Shown piece by piece: positions 18,291-28,886 of a DNA stretch of 64,000 bases. The DNA is taken from positions 2,466 to 66,465 of the forward strand of contig JAHFCE010000011.1 in the NCBI GenBank assembly GCA_023249675.1, written 5' to 3'. The position numbers and the translations under genes were made by a program. The notes under the pieces are model-generated. The model searched no databases, was not told where the DNA came from, and worked only from the letters and a program-made list of their open reading frames with translations. The DNA is from Elusimicrobiota bacterium (lineage in GTDB: Bacteria > Elusimicrobiota > Elusimicrobia > UBA1565 > UBA9628). Within the stretch, counting starts at the first letter, position 1. The number at the start of each line of letters is the position of its first letter.

Positions 18291-21200
18291 TTAGGAGCAC
18301 TCGGAGTTCCCGCAGTCGTGGCAGGTCACGCCGGAGCAGCCCGACTCGTGCGCGACGTTGCGCGAGAAGCACTTTGGGCAATGCTCGGCCGGGGCTGCTT
18401 CCGCAGCGGTCTCCACGGCGGTCCCATCCTCGACCCACCCCGTCTTCTTGAGGTGGGCGCGCAGGGCGATGGCGAGTGCGTGGGGGATGGAGTCCACGCG
18501 GTTGGGGCCCAAGCCGATCGGCCGGTCGCCCTTGACCGAGTTGAGGTGCTTGAGCAGGCGCAGGGGATCGCCGCCCTCGGCCAGGTACTTGGAGAGCAGG
18601 ATGCCGACGAGCGAGGTAAGGCCCGCAATTTCCGTGCCGAGCGGGGGGATATTGGTGAACACTTGGAACGGCCCCTTTTCGTCGTAGTTGATGTGGATGT
18701 GCAGCGGCCCGTAGCCGGTGCGGATTTGGTAGTACTCGGCGTCGAGGCCGAGCGCGGCCTCCGGCTCGCGTCGTTTCCCCCGGGAAGGGGCGGAGGCGAG
18801 GTTGAGGACCTGCTGGGCCTTGGACCCGTCGCGATAGACCGTGATGCCTTTGCAGCCGAGTTCGTAGGACAGCAGGTAGGCCTTGCGCACGTCGTCGGTC
18901 GTCGCCTCCTCGGGCAGATTGATCGTCTTTGACACGCCGTTGTCGGTGTGACGCTGGAAGGCCGCCTGCATACGGACGTGGGTTTCAACGGCAACGTCGT
19001 GGGCCGTCGCAAACAGCTTTTGAACGGCGACGGGAATCTCGGGAATACCGTCCAACGATTTGTGGTTCTCATCGATACGTCTTGTTAATATTTTTTCGTC
19101 GAGCCCGAACCAGTTGTTTTTCTCAGCGTATTCCTGGAACAGCGGGTTTATTTCGAAAAAGACATCCTTATCGTCGGGCTGTTTGCCCTGCTTCAGGGCC
19201 TCGAGGGCTTTGGCGTTGTAGCGCGTGTAGGCGATCGCGAAGAATGGCTCGATGCCGCCGCCCTGCAGGCCCGCCGCGATCGCGATGGTGCCCGTCGGCG
19301 CGATCGTGGTCCGCGCGCAGTGTCGCGGGTGGCCCTTTGTGCCGCGGAAGTTCTTGGAGGCCGGGTCGTAGGTCGAGTCTTTCCAGTTCGGGAAGACGCC
19401 GCGTTCCAGGGCGATCTTCTCGGAGGTGTCGAGCGCGGCTCCGTTGATGAACGACATGACTTTATCTCCGAGTTTGAGCGCCGCAGGGTCGCCGTAGGCC
19501 GTGCCGCTCTTGACCAAAGCCTCGGCCCAGCCCATCACGCCCAGGCCGATGCGGCGATTGCCCTTGGCCAGGCGCTCGATCTCGGGCAGGGGATAATTGT
19601 TGACCTCGATGACGTCCTCAAGGAAGCGGATCGCGAGGCCGACTGTTTCTTTGAGCCGCGGGAAGTCCCAGCGTCCTTCTCCGGTCACGAAGGCGGCCAG
19701 ATTGATCGAGCCCAGGTTGCACGGTTCCCAGGGCAACAGCGGCTGTTCGCCGCACTGTGCGGTGACAAATCCGTTGGCGATGATCGAGTGAGTTTCTTCC
19801 TCCGTCGTGCAGTAAACGTCGGCAGTTCCAGTCGGGTTGATGGAGCGCACGCGGTCGGTAAAGCCTTCCTTGTTGGATTTGCGCTTTTTGGTCGTCAGCC
19901 ATGCTTGAGCTTTTTTTTGCTTGGAAGCCGTTAGAAATCCGATCTCACGCAAAAAAATGTCACGACTCTCGCCGTCCAGCACCAGTTCGTACTGAGCCGC
20001 GCAATGATAGAGTTGCGGTTCGCGCTTGGAGTTCGGCATGAGTTTCGCTCCGGCCTCACGCCGTAGGTAGAGTTTTGAGACGATGCCCTCGTTGAGAAGC
20101 AGCTGTTGGACCTGGCGAAGAAGATTCTTCGAGCTGCCGGCCAACCGCACCGAGCACGAGCCCTTGTGTGCCGAGACAGTGACCGTTCCATCTGCGGTGA
20201 AGAGGGCGGATAGGAAGCCGAGGACCGCTTCACGGGGGGCTTTCCACAGAGATTCAGGCACTTCCTTGGCCAGCCCATTTTTTTCATGGACGCCGAGCGA
20301 CCTCAGGAAGTAGAACAGGGCGGATCTGTAGCACTGCGAGAGCGTCCCATTCCTCTCGGTTCGGCTGCCATCGAGCCCGGTCCAACCTTTGATGAGGGCG
20401 CTGAATTTGGGAGCTAGGAATTTCTTTTCTTCATCTCCGTACATGAGGCCGATCGTGTAGTTGGGTACATTGCGTCCTTCGGGCTTCTCCTCGCTGACCC
20501 ATCCGTCTCCGATGACCCAGCCCACAAGCTCGCCCAAATCACGGGACCATATCTTTGGTAGCTTCGCCTCGCCACGGGCTACCCTGGCTTTTAGTTTGTT
20601 CTCCGTTATAAAAGGGGGCAGGGCGGCATCCTGGCTCCATACCCCGGGACCGGACTGGATGAGTACCTCATCGCCAGGTTTGAGATCCTTGAGCTCCCTG
20701 AGACCCAGTGGCGTGAAGAACTTGTGGTCGGAGGTGGCCGTGACCTCGTAGCCGTGCTCGGTCTGGAGAGTGAAGACCGGCCAGCCCTTCCGCGTCTTGA
20801 AGACCGGGACCGCTTTCCTGAGACTGACTCCCATTGCGGCCTTTGCGGCCACGGCCGTTGCGCCGCCTGTCTGCGCCGCGCGACTATTGACAACCCGGCT
20901 ATCGGTCGCGACGGAGATGTGCATCTGATCGAGAAAAAGTTCCTCGAAAGTCAGCAGGCCTCGGTCGGTGGCCAGTCGGACGTGACCGGCGAAGCAGGGA
21001 TTGGTGCTTTCGATCTGGCCGAGAGCCGGCGTCGTGTTGGAGCTCGAGGTGTTGATGCGGTCGAGGACGACGTAGCCCGGATCTCCCGTTTTCCAGGCGA
21101 GATCGACCATCGCGTCGAAGACTTCCTTGGCGTGCAGCTTGCCGGCCGGCTTTCCCGAGCGCGGATTGATCAGGTCGTACTCGGCGTCGGCTAGGACCGC

Positions 21201-22010
21201 GCGCATGAAAGCGGCGTCCACGCCCACCGAGACGTTGAAGTTTTCCATGACGCCGGGCGAGGTCTTCATGCGGATGAAATCCATGATTTCCGGATGGTCG
21301 TACCTCAAGATGGCCATGTTGGCCCCGCGGCGCGTGCCGCCCTGCTTGACCACGCCGGTCATCGCGTCGAAGAGCGTCATGAAGGACAGCGCGCCCGAGG
21401 CCACGCCCTGCGTCTTCTTGACCAGATCGCCTTTGGGGCGCAGCGAGGAGAACGAGAAGCCCGTGCCGCCGCCCGATTTCTGGATCAGCGACTGCGCGGC
21501 CAGCGACTTGGTGATGCCTTCCATCGAGTCGGGAACGGGCAGGACGTAGCAGGCGGACAACTGCTGGAGTTCGCGCCCCGCGTTCATCAAAGTCGGGGAG
21601 TTCGGCAGGAAATCCCAGTTCGCCATCAAGCCGTAGAACTTCGCGGCCCACTCTTCGCGCAGGGCCTTGGCTTCGGAGTGTTTGGCGCAGGCTTTTTCCA
21701 GGTTGGCCAGCAGACGCGAGAAGTTGGCCTGCCGCGAGTCGTTGTCGGGCAAGCCCTGATGGTAGAGCGTCATGCGCCCGGCGGGGGCGCCATCGGCGGC
21801 CGGCGTCGGCACAACCGTGCGCTCGACGCCGGCGAAGACGCCCCAGGATTCGGCCTTGGGGTGAGCGAGAATCTCGCCCAGGGCGACGTTCCGAGCGACT
21901 CCCAGGAGCCACGCCTCGGCCGTCGGGGCGTCGCGCAGGTACTTGTCCTTGATGACCTTGAGCTGGTTTGCGGTCAACGTTATTTTTCCGGCGGATCGGC
22001 TTTTAGACAT
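18291..22010 (-). CDS. nrdJ: class II (B12-dependent) ribonucleotide reductase with intein and C-terminal TSCPD/zinc-ribbon region
   Basis: FLPNSPTLMNAG, QLSAC, GGGTG, QGGTRRGANM, TNP|...|CGEQPL, CNLGSINL, TIAPTGT, KGITVYRDGS. Confidence 0.93.
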   Translation of the reverse strand: MSKSRSAGKITLTANQLKVIKDKYLRDAPTAEAWLLGVARNVALGEILAHPKAESWGVFAGVERTVVPTPAADGAPAGRMTLYHQGLPDNDSRQANFSRLLANLEKACAKHSEAKALREEWAAKFYGLMANWDFLPNSPTLMNAGRELQQLSACYVLPVPDSMEGITKSLAAQSLIQKSGGGTGFSFSSLRPKGDLVKKTQGVASGALSFMTLFDAMTGVVKQGGTRRGANMAILRYDHPEIMDFIRMKTSPGVMENFNVSVGVDAAFMRAVLADAEYDLINPRSGKPAGKLHAKEVFDAMVDLAWKTGDPGYVVLDRINTSSSNTTPALGQIESTNPCFAGHVRLATDRGLLTFEELFLDQMHISVATDSRVVNSRAAQTGGATAVAAKAAMGVSLRKAVPVFKTRKGWPVFTLQTEHGYEVTATSDHKFFTPLGLRELKDLKPGDEVLIQSGPGVWSQDAALPPFITENKLKARVARGEAKLPKIWSRDLGELVGWVIGDGWVSEEKPEGRNVPNYTIGLMYGDEEKKFLAPKFSALIKGWTGLDGSRTERNGTLSQCYRSALFYFLRSLGVHEKNGLAKEVPESLWKAPREAVLGFLSALFTADGTVTVSAHKGSCSVRLAGSSKNLLRQVQQLLLNEGIVSKLYLRREAGAKLMPNSKREPQLYHCAAQYELVLDGESRDIFLREIGFLTASKQKKAQAWLTTKKRKSNKEGFTDRVRSINPTGTADVYCTTEEETHSIIANGFVTAQCGEQPLLPWEPCNLGSINLAAFVTGEGRWDFPRLKETVGLAIRFLEDVIEVNNYPLPEIERLAKGNRRIGLGVMGWAEALVKSGTAYGDPAALKLGDKVMSFINGAALDTSEKIALERGVFPNWKDSTYDPASKNFRGTKGHPRHCARTTIAPTGTIAIAAGLQGGGIEPFFAIAYTRYNAKALEALKQGKQPDDKDVFFEINPLFQEYAEKNNWFGLDEKILTRRIDENHKSLDGIPEIPVAVQKLFATAHDVAVETHVRMQAAFQRHTDNGVSKTINLPEEATTDDVRKAYLLSYELGCKGITVYRDGSKAQQVLNLASAPSRGKRREPEAALGLDAEYYQIRTGYGPLHIHINYDEKGPFQVFTNIPPLGTEIAGLTSLVGILLSKYLAEGGDPLRLLKHLNSVKGDRPIGLGPNRVDSIPHALAIALRAHLKKTGWVEDGTAVETAAEAAPAEHCPKCFSRNVAHESGCSGVTCHDCGNSECS
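19755..20996 (-). mobile_element. intein with LAGLIDADG homing endonuclease (414 aa)
   Basis: Interrupts NP|CGEQ; begins CFAGHVRLAT; block B VTATSDHKFF; LVGWVIGDG and FLSALFTADG motifs; ends DVYCTTEEETHSIIANGFVTAQ. Confidence 0.93.
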
Positions 22011-22059
22011 GGGGACTTTCCTCTTGGAGTGTAACAGCATCCCGGGCCCGCGTCCAGGG

Positions 22060-22671
22060 TCAAGCCAGGGCCGGACGAGCGAGGAACTCGGCTCCGATTG
22101 TTTGCGCATAATGCTTCAGCGGGCGCAGGTCGACCTCGGGCAGCTCCACGGCCGTGATGCGCGTGCGGATGCCCGCCGCCACACAGAGTTCGGCGAAGAG
22201 GCGCGACGCCGCAAAGCCTTTTTTGCGGTATCTCGGCGCGGGGCGGAGCAGGTCGAGCCATTGCTTCGGGTCGGCGGTGTTGAGGCTGACGGCGACCTCA
22301 TCGAGGTACAGGGCCAGCTCCGGCGCGATGTCGCGGTCCCAGATCAGGTTGCCGAGGCCGACGGTGTTCAAGCGCAGGTTCAGCCCTGGATGATGGACTG
22401 TGAGGTATAGGCCGACCGCGTTCATCTCGCCCAGGCGGTAGACGCACTCGCCGAAGCCGCAGAAGACCGCTTCGCGCCAAGGGCCGGGAGTTTTCAGACG
22501 CTCGTTGAGCGCGTCCAGAAGCTCTTCCGCCGTGGGCTCCGGTCCCTTGATGCGCAGATCGTGGCCCTCGAATTGGTAATCCCAGGGGACCTTGACGCAG
22601 AAGCGGCAGGAAACCGGGCAGCGATTGGTCAAGTTCAGATAGAGTGAATGACCTTTCTCGTAGACGATCAT
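22060..22671 (-). CDS. TatD-associated radical SAM protein
   Basis: LYLNLTNRCPVSCRFC (CxxxCxxC), EAVFCGFGE, LRLNT, VSLN. Confidence 0.85.
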   Translation of the reverse strand: MIVYEKGHSLYLNLTNRCPVSCRFCVKVPWDYQFEGHDLRIKGPEPTAEELLDALNERLKTPGPWREAVFCGFGECVYRLGEMNAVGLYLTVHHPGLNLRLNTVGLGNLIWDRDIAPELALYLDEVAVSLNTADPKQWLDLLRPAPRYRKKGFAASRLFAELCVAAGIRTRITAVELPEVDLRPLKHYAQTIGAEFLARPALA

Positions 22672-22752
22672 GTGAAAACGGTGTAGCAACGATACGGCTT
22701 GTCACCTGGAGACGTTTTTGTTATGATGTACGCCTACCTCAATAGGAGTCCT

Positions 22753-23064
22753 ATGTACGCTATTATCGAGACGGGCGGAAAGCAACTTTGGGTCATTCCC
22801 GGCGAGACCGTCAAGGTCGAGAAGCTGGAAGTCAAAGAGGGCGAGACGCTGACGTTCAACGCGCTCTGGGCCGTCGGCGACGCTCCGGAAGGCCAGGAGC
22901 CAAAGTCCACGCGCGCCGCGAAGGTCACGGCGACCGTGGTGAAGCAGGGCCGGGGACCGAAGATCATCGTCTTCAAGAAGCGCACCAAGAAGGCGTACAA
23001 GAAGACGCAGGGCCACAGGCAGTGGCTCACGTCCATCAAAATCGAGAGCATTTCCCTCAACTAA
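22753..23064 (+). CDS. rplU: 50S ribosomal protein L21
   Basis: [11 protein letters not shown]...GHRQ. Confidence 0.95.
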   Translation: MYAIIETGGKQLWVIPGETVKVEKLEVKEGETLTFNALWAVGDAPEGQEPKSTRAAKVTATVVKQGRGPKIIVFKKRTKKAYKKTQGHRQWLTSIKIESISLN

Positions 23065-23065
23065 T

Positions 23066-23335
23066 ATGGCTTCAACAAAAGCACAGGGTTCCTCCGCAAA
23101 CGGCCGCGACTCCCACGGCCAGCGCCTCGGCGTCAAGCGCTACGGCGGCGAAGTCGTCAAGGCCGGCATGGTCATCATGCGCCAGCGCGGCACCAAGATC
23201 CTTCCCGGCCAGAACGTGGGCCGCGGCAAGGACGACACGCTGTTCGCGAAGATCAACGGCGTCGTGACGTTCGAGTGGGCCTACAAGGACAAAAAGATGG
23301 CGTCCGTGTATCCCGCCGCCGCGAAAGCACGCTGA
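23066..23335 (+). CDS. rpmA: 50S ribosomal protein L27
   Basis: [17 protein letters not shown]...RQRGTK...GKDDTLFA. Confidence 0.97.
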   Translation: MASTKAQGSSANGRDSHGQRLGVKRYGGEVVKAGMVIMRQRGTKILPGQNVGRGKDDTLFAKINGVVTFEWAYKDKKMASVYPAAAKAR

Positions 23336-24654
23336 ACTTCATCGATAAAGTCCGCGTTTTCGTCGCCGCCGGCGACGGAGGCGACGGCTGTCTCTCGTTT
23401 AAGCACGAGAAGTACATGGAATGGGGCGGACCCAACGGCGGCGACGGCGGCCGCGGCGGGGACGTCTGGTTTACGGCGGCCTCGCGCCTGACCACCTTGA
23501 TGGACCTGCACTTCCGGCCCCATGTGGACGCGGGTCGGGGCGGACACGGCAAGGGTTCCCACAAACATGGACACCGGGGCGACGACGTCGTGATTCCGGT
23601 GCCTGTCGGCACTCTTATCTATCGAGAGGGCGCGCTCGTCGCGGACCTGCACGAGGACGGCCAGCGCTGGCGCGCCGGCGAGGGCGGCCGCGGCGGCCGC
23701 GGCAACTGGTCTTTCAAAACCCGCCTCAACAACGCGCCCCGTCTCGCTGAGAAGGGCGGTCCGGGCGAGAAGGTCACGCTCGACATGGAGCTCAAGCTTC
23801 TGGCCGACGTCGGTCTCGTGGGCTTTCCGAACGCCGGCAAGTCGAGCTTTCTCGCGCGGGTCTCGAGCGCCCGCCCGAAGATCGCTGACTATCCATTCAC
23901 CACGTTGTCGCCCAATCTTGGCGTCGCCTATCACAAGCATGTCGGCTTTGTCGTGGCCGATATCCCGGGTCTGATTGAGGGCGCCTCCGAGGGCAAGGGG
24001 CTCGGTGTGAAGTTTCTCAAGCATGTCGAGCGCACGCGCCTCTTGATCCACCTGGTGGACCCCGCCGGCTACATGGGTGAGGACCCGCTCGATGGAGTCA
24101 AGACCATTGAGGGCGAGCTCAAGCGTTTCAGCTCCAAGCTCGCGACCAAGCCCAAGCTGCTTGTGCTCAACAAGATGGACCTGCCTGAGGGCGCACAGAC
24201 GCTGAAGACGCTGAAAAAGAAATACCGGGGCATTCTCTCGATCTCGGCCGCGACTGGCGATGGCGTCAACGCTCTTCTTGACAAGGTCATCGCCGAGCTC
24301 GCCAAGCATGACGGCCCCCTTCACTTCGCGGAGAAGACGGTCGACGACTCGGTCCACAAGGTTGAGCAGGGCTTTGTCGTTGAGAACCTCGGCGGCGGCC
24401 ACTACGTCCTGCGCGGCAAGTTCGTCGAGCGCGCCTCGGCGATGCTCGACGTGAGCCTGCCCGAGGCGATCAACCGCTATCAGCACACGCTCAAACGCAT
24501 CGGCGTGGACCGCGCCCTCAAGAAGGCGGGCATCCAGACCGGCGACCGCGTTCGCTGCGGCGAGTTTGAGTTCGAGTGGTCGAATGCTCCTCTCAAGCGT
24601 CTGAATCAGAAGCGCGGCGACGGGCGCACGCGCATCGGCATCGGCAAGAAATAA
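23332..24654 (+). CDS. obgE: GTPase ObgE (probable CTG start)
   Basis: (L)NFIDKV...[36 protein letters not shown], Obg C-terminal domain. Confidence 0.95.
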   Translation: MNFIDKVRVFVAAGDGGDGCLSFKHEKYMEWGGPNGGDGGRGGDVWFTAASRLTTLMDLHFRPHVDAGRGGHGKGSHKHGHRGDDVVIPVPVGTLIYREGALVADLHEDGQRWRAGEGGRGGRGNWSFKTRLNNAPRLAEKGGPGEKVTLDMELKLLADVGLVGFPNAGKSSFLARVSSARPKIADYPFTTLSPNLGVAYHKHVGFVVADIPGLIEGASEGKGLGVKFLKHVERTRLLIHLVDPAGYMGEDPLDGVKTIEGELKRFSSKLATKPKLLVLNKMDLPEGAQTLKTLKKKYRGILSISAATGDGVNALLDKVIAELAKHDGPLHFAEKTVDDSVHKVEQGFVVENLGGGHYVLRGKFVERASAMLDVSLPEAINRYQHTLKRIGVDRALKKAGIQTGDRVRCGEFEFEWSNAPLKRLNQKRGDGRTRIGIGKK

Positions 24655-25508
24655 TGGCGGACCCCAACGACGTTGCGGGCGCCTACCGCTTCTGCGCGGA
24701 CTTGGCGGACGGGCACTACGAGAATTTTCCGGTCGCCTCTTTGCTTCTGCCCAAACGCCTGCGCAAGCATGTCGCCGCGCTGTACGCTTTCGCGCGCCTT
24801 GCTGATGATTTCGCCGATGAGCCGGAGTATGAAGGGGTGCGCCGGGAGCGCCTCCTCGAGTGGCGCTCGATGCTGGCCGACATCGGCCGCCGCCCGCCGA
24901 CGCATCCCGTTTTCCTCGCCCTTGGCCAAACGCTGAAGGAGCTCGAACTGCCGAAGGAGCCTTTCGACGACCTGCTCTCCGCGTTCCTCCAGGACACCGA
25001 GAAGAACCGCTACGCGACCTTTGACGAAGTTGTCGACTATTGCCGTCGTTCAGCCAACCCCGTCGGCCGCATCGTCTTGATGATCCACGGCTACAAGGAT
25101 GCGGAGCTGTTTCGGTACTCCGATGCGATCTGTACCGCGCTGCAGCTCGCCAACTTCTGGCAGGACGTATCGGTGGACCTCAAGAAGAATCGTGTTTACA
25201 TCCCCGAGGAGGACTTCAAGGCGCACGGCTACTCCGAGGCCGACCTGCGCATGGGCGTCTACAATGAGCGCTTCAAGAGCCTCATGAAGTTCGAGGTCTC
25301 CCGCGCCCGTGCGCTGTTCGAGCAGGGCCGGCCTCTGCCGGAAAAGCTGCGCTGGCCCCTCTCTCTGGAGATCCGCCTCACGTGGTACGGCGGCATGCAG
25401 ATCCTCAAGCTGATCCACAAGCTCGACTTCGATACCCTCCGGACGCGCCCGACCTTGAAGAAACGGGAATGGATTCCGCTGGTCGCGCGCGCTCTCATCG
25501 GGACATGA
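24654..25508 (+). CDS. hpnC: hydroxysqualene synthase HpnC
   Basis: HYENFPVAS, ADDFADE, YCRRSANPVGR, QLANFWQD. Confidence 0.92.
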   Translation: MADPNDVAGAYRFCADLADGHYENFPVASLLLPKRLRKHVAALYAFARLADDFADEPEYEGVRRERLLEWRSMLADIGRRPPTHPVFLALGQTLKELELPKEPFDDLLSAFLQDTEKNRYATFDEVVDYCRRSANPVGRIVLMIHGYKDAELFRYSDAICTALQLANFWQDVSVDLKKNRVYIPEEDFKAHGYSEADLRMGVYNERFKSLMKFEVSRARALFEQGRPLPEKLRWPLSLEIRLTWYGGMQILKLIHKLDFDTLRTRPTLKKREWIPLVARALIGT

Positions 25509-26347
25509 CGGCGGTGGCTTCCCGGGCGGAGAAGAAGTCGAACTTTCTCGCGGGCTTCCTGCTTCTACCGAGGGCCAAGCGCGAGGCGTTGTCCGCCGTC
25601 TACGCCTACTGCCGGCTGATCGACGACATCGTCGACCAGCCGGAGCAACCTCGGGACGAAGCGCGCCGCCGACTCGACTTTTGGCGCGGGGAAACCCTAC
25701 GCTTGTACCAGGGCACGCCGACGCACGCCGTTTCCCGCGACTTGCTCAAGCCGGTCGCCGCTTACAAGATTCCTCAAGACGCCTTCCTTGAAATGATCCG
25801 CGGCTGCGCGATGGACCTCGATGGCGCGCGCTACGAAACCGTCGCTGATCTCGAGAGCTACATGCGGGGCGTGGCGTCCTCGGTCGGGATTATGTGCATA
25901 CACATTTTTGGCTGGACTCACACGCCCAAGGACCGCATGTATGAGTTCGCCACGACGTTCGGCTACGCCTTCCAGATGACCAACATCATCCGCGACGTCG
26001 GCGCCGATTTGGAGCTCGGCCGCGTGTATTTGCCCTTGTCCGACATTCGCGATGCCGGCTATTGCGTGGATCGTCTGATCCGGCGCGATCACGGCCCCGC
26101 CTTCGATCGCTTGATGGCCATCCAATACCAGCGGGCGAAGGGCTACTACGCGCGCGCGCGCAGTCTGGTGGACGCCCGCGATCGGCCCAACCTTCTGCCC
26201 GCCGAGGTCATGGCTCATATTTATGAGGGCCTGCTCGATGAGGTCAAGAAACGCGAGTTCCGCGTGCTCTTTCATCAGACGAGTCTGCCGGGATATCGGA
26301 AATTGGCCCTCGCTTTCAAGGCGTGGCTGTACTGCCATGGGCTCTAA
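25505..26347 (+). CDS. hpnD: presqualene diphosphate synthase HpnD
   Basis: SNF, VYAYCRLIDDIVD, FQMTNIIRDVGAD..GRVYLP. Confidence 0.9.
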   Translation: MTAVASRAEKKSNFLAGFLLLPRAKREALSAVYAYCRLIDDIVDQPEQPRDEARRRLDFWRGETLRLYQGTPTHAVSRDLLKPVAAYKIPQDAFLEMIRGCAMDLDGARYETVADLESYMRGVASSVGIMCIHIFGWTHTPKDRMYEFATTFGYAFQMTNIIRDVGADLELGRVYLPLSDIRDAGYCVDRLIRRDHGPAFDRLMAIQYQRAKGYYARARSLVDARDRPNLLPAEVMAHIYEGLLDEVKKREFRVLFHQTSLPGYRKLALAFKAWLYCHGL

Positions 26348-27662
26348 TCGTTGCGATGTGTTGGTTCTTGGCGGGGGCTTCGCCGGGCTGACCTGTGCCG
26401 TCGCACTCGCGGGGAAGGGGCGCAAGGTGCTCCTCCTGGATAAAAAACCGCGCCTTGGCGGCCGGGCCTACTCGTTGAGCGAAGGCGGCCTCGATGTGGA
26501 CAACGGCCAACATCTGTTCATGGGATGTTATCGGGCGACCAGGCAGTTCTTGAAAACGATCGGGACCGAAGACAAACTTGATATTTATCACGATGTCGTC
26601 GTCGACTACGTCGAGGCGGGCGGCAAGCGCGACCGCTTGGCCTGCCCTTCTTGGCTTCCCGCGCCGCTTCATTTAGCCGCCGGCTTGCTGGGCCTCAAGG
26701 GCGTGTCTTGGAGAGAAAAGTCGGCGTTGTTGGCCTTCGATCTGTCGCTCAAGTCCATGAAATTCGGCCCGATTCCCACGGCCGTCGAGCGTTTGACGGT
26801 TCGCCAATGGCTCACTTCCCTCGGTCTCTCACCGAATTTTCAGACGCGTTTCTTCGACCCTGCCGCAATCGGCATTCTCAACGAGAAGCCCGAGGTCGCC
26901 TCCGCCGCGGGCTTCATCCAGGCCTTGCGCGCGATGTTCTTCGCCGGTCGCGCGGCCTCGCGCTTCGCGCTGGCGAAGACGGGCTTGTCCGAGCTGTACA
27001 CCGATGCGGCGCGCGCTTATATCGAGGCGCGCGGCGGGCGCGTGATCTCCAATGCGAAGGCCGCCGGCTTCATTGAGGAGGGCGGCCGCGTGCGCGGCAT
27101 CAGGACGGAGATGGACTCGCGTTTCGAAGCCGGTCATGTCGTTTCGACATTGCCTCCGTGGGATTTAAAAAAGCTCGACCTTCCTGCCGCGCTCCGCGGT
27201 TCTTGGGAGTCGTTGTCTCCCGCTCCGATCGTCGGCGCGACGATCAAGGTCGACCGGCCGGTGATGACTGAACGGTTTCTGGGGCTGCTCGGAACGGAAA
27301 CCCATTGGATCTTCAATAAAACTTTGATTCACGGCAAAAAAGAAGAGGGGCAGACTGTGGCCGTCGTTATCTCGGGCGCTCACGAACAGATCGGCTATTC
27401 GCCCGAGAAAATCATGAGCGTCGCGACGCGGGACCTCTCGGCCTGTCTGCCGGAGTTCGCGAAAGCAAGAGTGCTTGCCTCCAAGGTCGTCAAGGAACCC
27501 TTCGCCACGCTCTCCCCAACGCCTGGTTCTGAGGCTAAGCGCCCCGAGCCTGGAAGCGGTATGCCCGGCTTCTCCTTTGCGGGCGACTGGACGCGCACCG
27601 GCTTTCCCGCCACGATCGAGTCCGCCTGCGTCTCCGGCCAGATCGCGGCCAAAAACCTATGA
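26337..27662 (+). CDS. hpnE: hydroxysqualene dehydroxylase HpnE (FAD)
   Basis: GGGFAG, LGGRAYS, DNGQHLFMGCY, AGDWTRTGFPATIESA; follows hpnCD. Confidence 0.9.
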   Translation: MGSNRCDVLVLGGGFAGLTCAVALAGKGRKVLLLDKKPRLGGRAYSLSEGGLDVDNGQHLFMGCYRATRQFLKTIGTEDKLDIYHDVVVDYVEAGGKRDRLACPSWLPAPLHLAAGLLGLKGVSWREKSALLAFDLSLKSMKFGPIPTAVERLTVRQWLTSLGLSPNFQTRFFDPAAIGILNEKPEVASAAGFIQALRAMFFAGRAASRFALAKTGLSELYTDAARAYIEARGGRVISNAKAAGFIEEGGRVRGIRTEMDSRFEAGHVVSTLPPWDLKKLDLPAALRGSWESLSPAPIVGATIKVDRPVMTERFLGLLGTETHWIFNKTLIHGKKEEGQTVAVVISGAHEQIGYSPEKIMSVATRDLSACLPEFAKARVLASKVVKEPFATLSPTPGSEAKRPEPGSGMPGFSFAGDWTRTGFPATIESACVSGQIAAKNL

Positions 27663-27713
27663 GTTTCCGGAAACAGCTATAATCGACCAACGCCCCGACG
27701 GAGGAGCTCGCTG

Positions 27714-28277
27714 ATGATCAAGTCCGATATTTGGATCCGAGAGATGTCCCAGAAGAAGATGATGATCGACCCGTTTGTCGAGCGTCAGGACGGCAAAGGC
27801 AAGATTTCTTATGGGTTGTCGTCTTACGGCTACGACATTCGTGTGGCCGACGAGTATAAAGTTTTCACGAACGTCCATGGCACGATTGTCGATCCCAAGA
27901 AGTTCGACGAGAAGGCTTTCGTTGACATCAAGGCGCCGGAATGTGTCGTGCCGCCGAACTCGTTCGCGCTGGCCCGCTCCGTTGAGAAGTTCTCGATTCC
28001 ACGCGAAGTTCTTGCGGTCTGCCTTGGCAAGTCCACCTACGCGCGCTGCGGCATCATCGTCAATGTGACGCCGCTCGAGCCGGGTTGGGAGGGCTACCTC
28101 ACGATCGAAATCTCCAATACCACGCCATTGCCCGCGAAGATCTACTCGAACGAGGGTATCGCCCAGCTGTTGTTCTTCGGGGGCGATCAGCTCTGCGAGA
28201 CGTCCTATTCCGACCGCAAGGGCAAGTACATGGACCAGGTCGGGGTGGTCCTGCCCCGCGTTCTCGCCGCCAAGTGA
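27714..28277 (+). CDS. dcd: dCTP deaminase
   Basis: [34 protein letters not shown]. Confidence 0.96.
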   Translation: MIKSDIWIREMSQKKMMIDPFVERQDGKGKISYGLSSYGYDIRVADEYKVFTNVHGTIVDPKKFDEKAFVDIKAPECVVPPNSFALARSVEKFSIPREVLAVCLGKSTYARCGIIVNVTPLEPGWEGYLTIEISNTTPLPAKIYSNEGIAQLLFFGGDQLCETSYSDRKGKYMDQVGVVLPRVLAAK

Positions 28278-28831
28278 AGCTCCCGCTCCTCCTGCTGCTG
28301 GCTGTCTCGGCCCGAGCGGGGGATCTCGGCGGGCATGCGCCTGCGACGGCGGAGCGGGCTGCCGTGGCGGATCGTGCCGCGATGCTCGATGAGATGTGGG
28401 AGCGGCGGATTCTGTCCCCAGACCAATCGGTCTGGGCGCCGACCGACGCCGAGCTTTTGGGCCGTATCCGGATGTCCGAGGCCGCGGCTCTCGATTATCT
28501 CAAGAAAAAGTTCGGCGGCACGCGTTCCTGGACCGCCGCCCGCCGCGGCAAGGAGCCGGTCCGGCGCTTGCTCACGAAGGAAGGCTACGACAAGTATCTC
28601 TTTCACGTCACGCAGGACGCCATCGAGTATTTCGAGGCCAAGGGCGCTGGCGCCAAGTGGGCGCTCAAGCTCACGGATTGGGACGGCCAGCGCCTCTTCG
28701 ATGGGGACGGCCGGTTGACCCCCGCGGGGATCACAGTGTACACCCGCGCCAGGCTCAAGCTCGAGGTGTACTGGAAATCGCCGAACGGCGAAACTTTCGG
28801 CACGAGACGGCCCCCGGCCGCTCATCAATGA
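28274..28831 (+). CDS. hypothetical secreted protein
   Basis: GTG start overlapping dcd stop, signal peptide [14 protein letters not shown]. Confidence 0.65.
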   Translation: MKLPLLLLLAVSARAGDLGGHAPATAERAAVADRAAMLDEMWERRILSPDQSVWAPTDAELLGRIRMSEAAALDYLKKKFGGTRSWTAARRGKEPVRRLLTKEGYDKYLFHVTQDAIEYFEAKGAGAKWALKLTDWDGQRLFDGDGRLTPAGITVYTRARLKLEVYWKSPNGETFGTRRPPAAHQ

Positions 28832-28886
28832 ATATCCCCGTTAAATTTCTTGTTCCCCGTCGGTGAATTTGGTAACATTCCTCACT

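Noticed and set aside
22060-22671. Radical SAM gene as an RNR activase (NrdG)
   Set aside because: The adjacent RNR is class II (NPCGEQ, no glycyl-radical motif) and the protein matches the TatD-associated family
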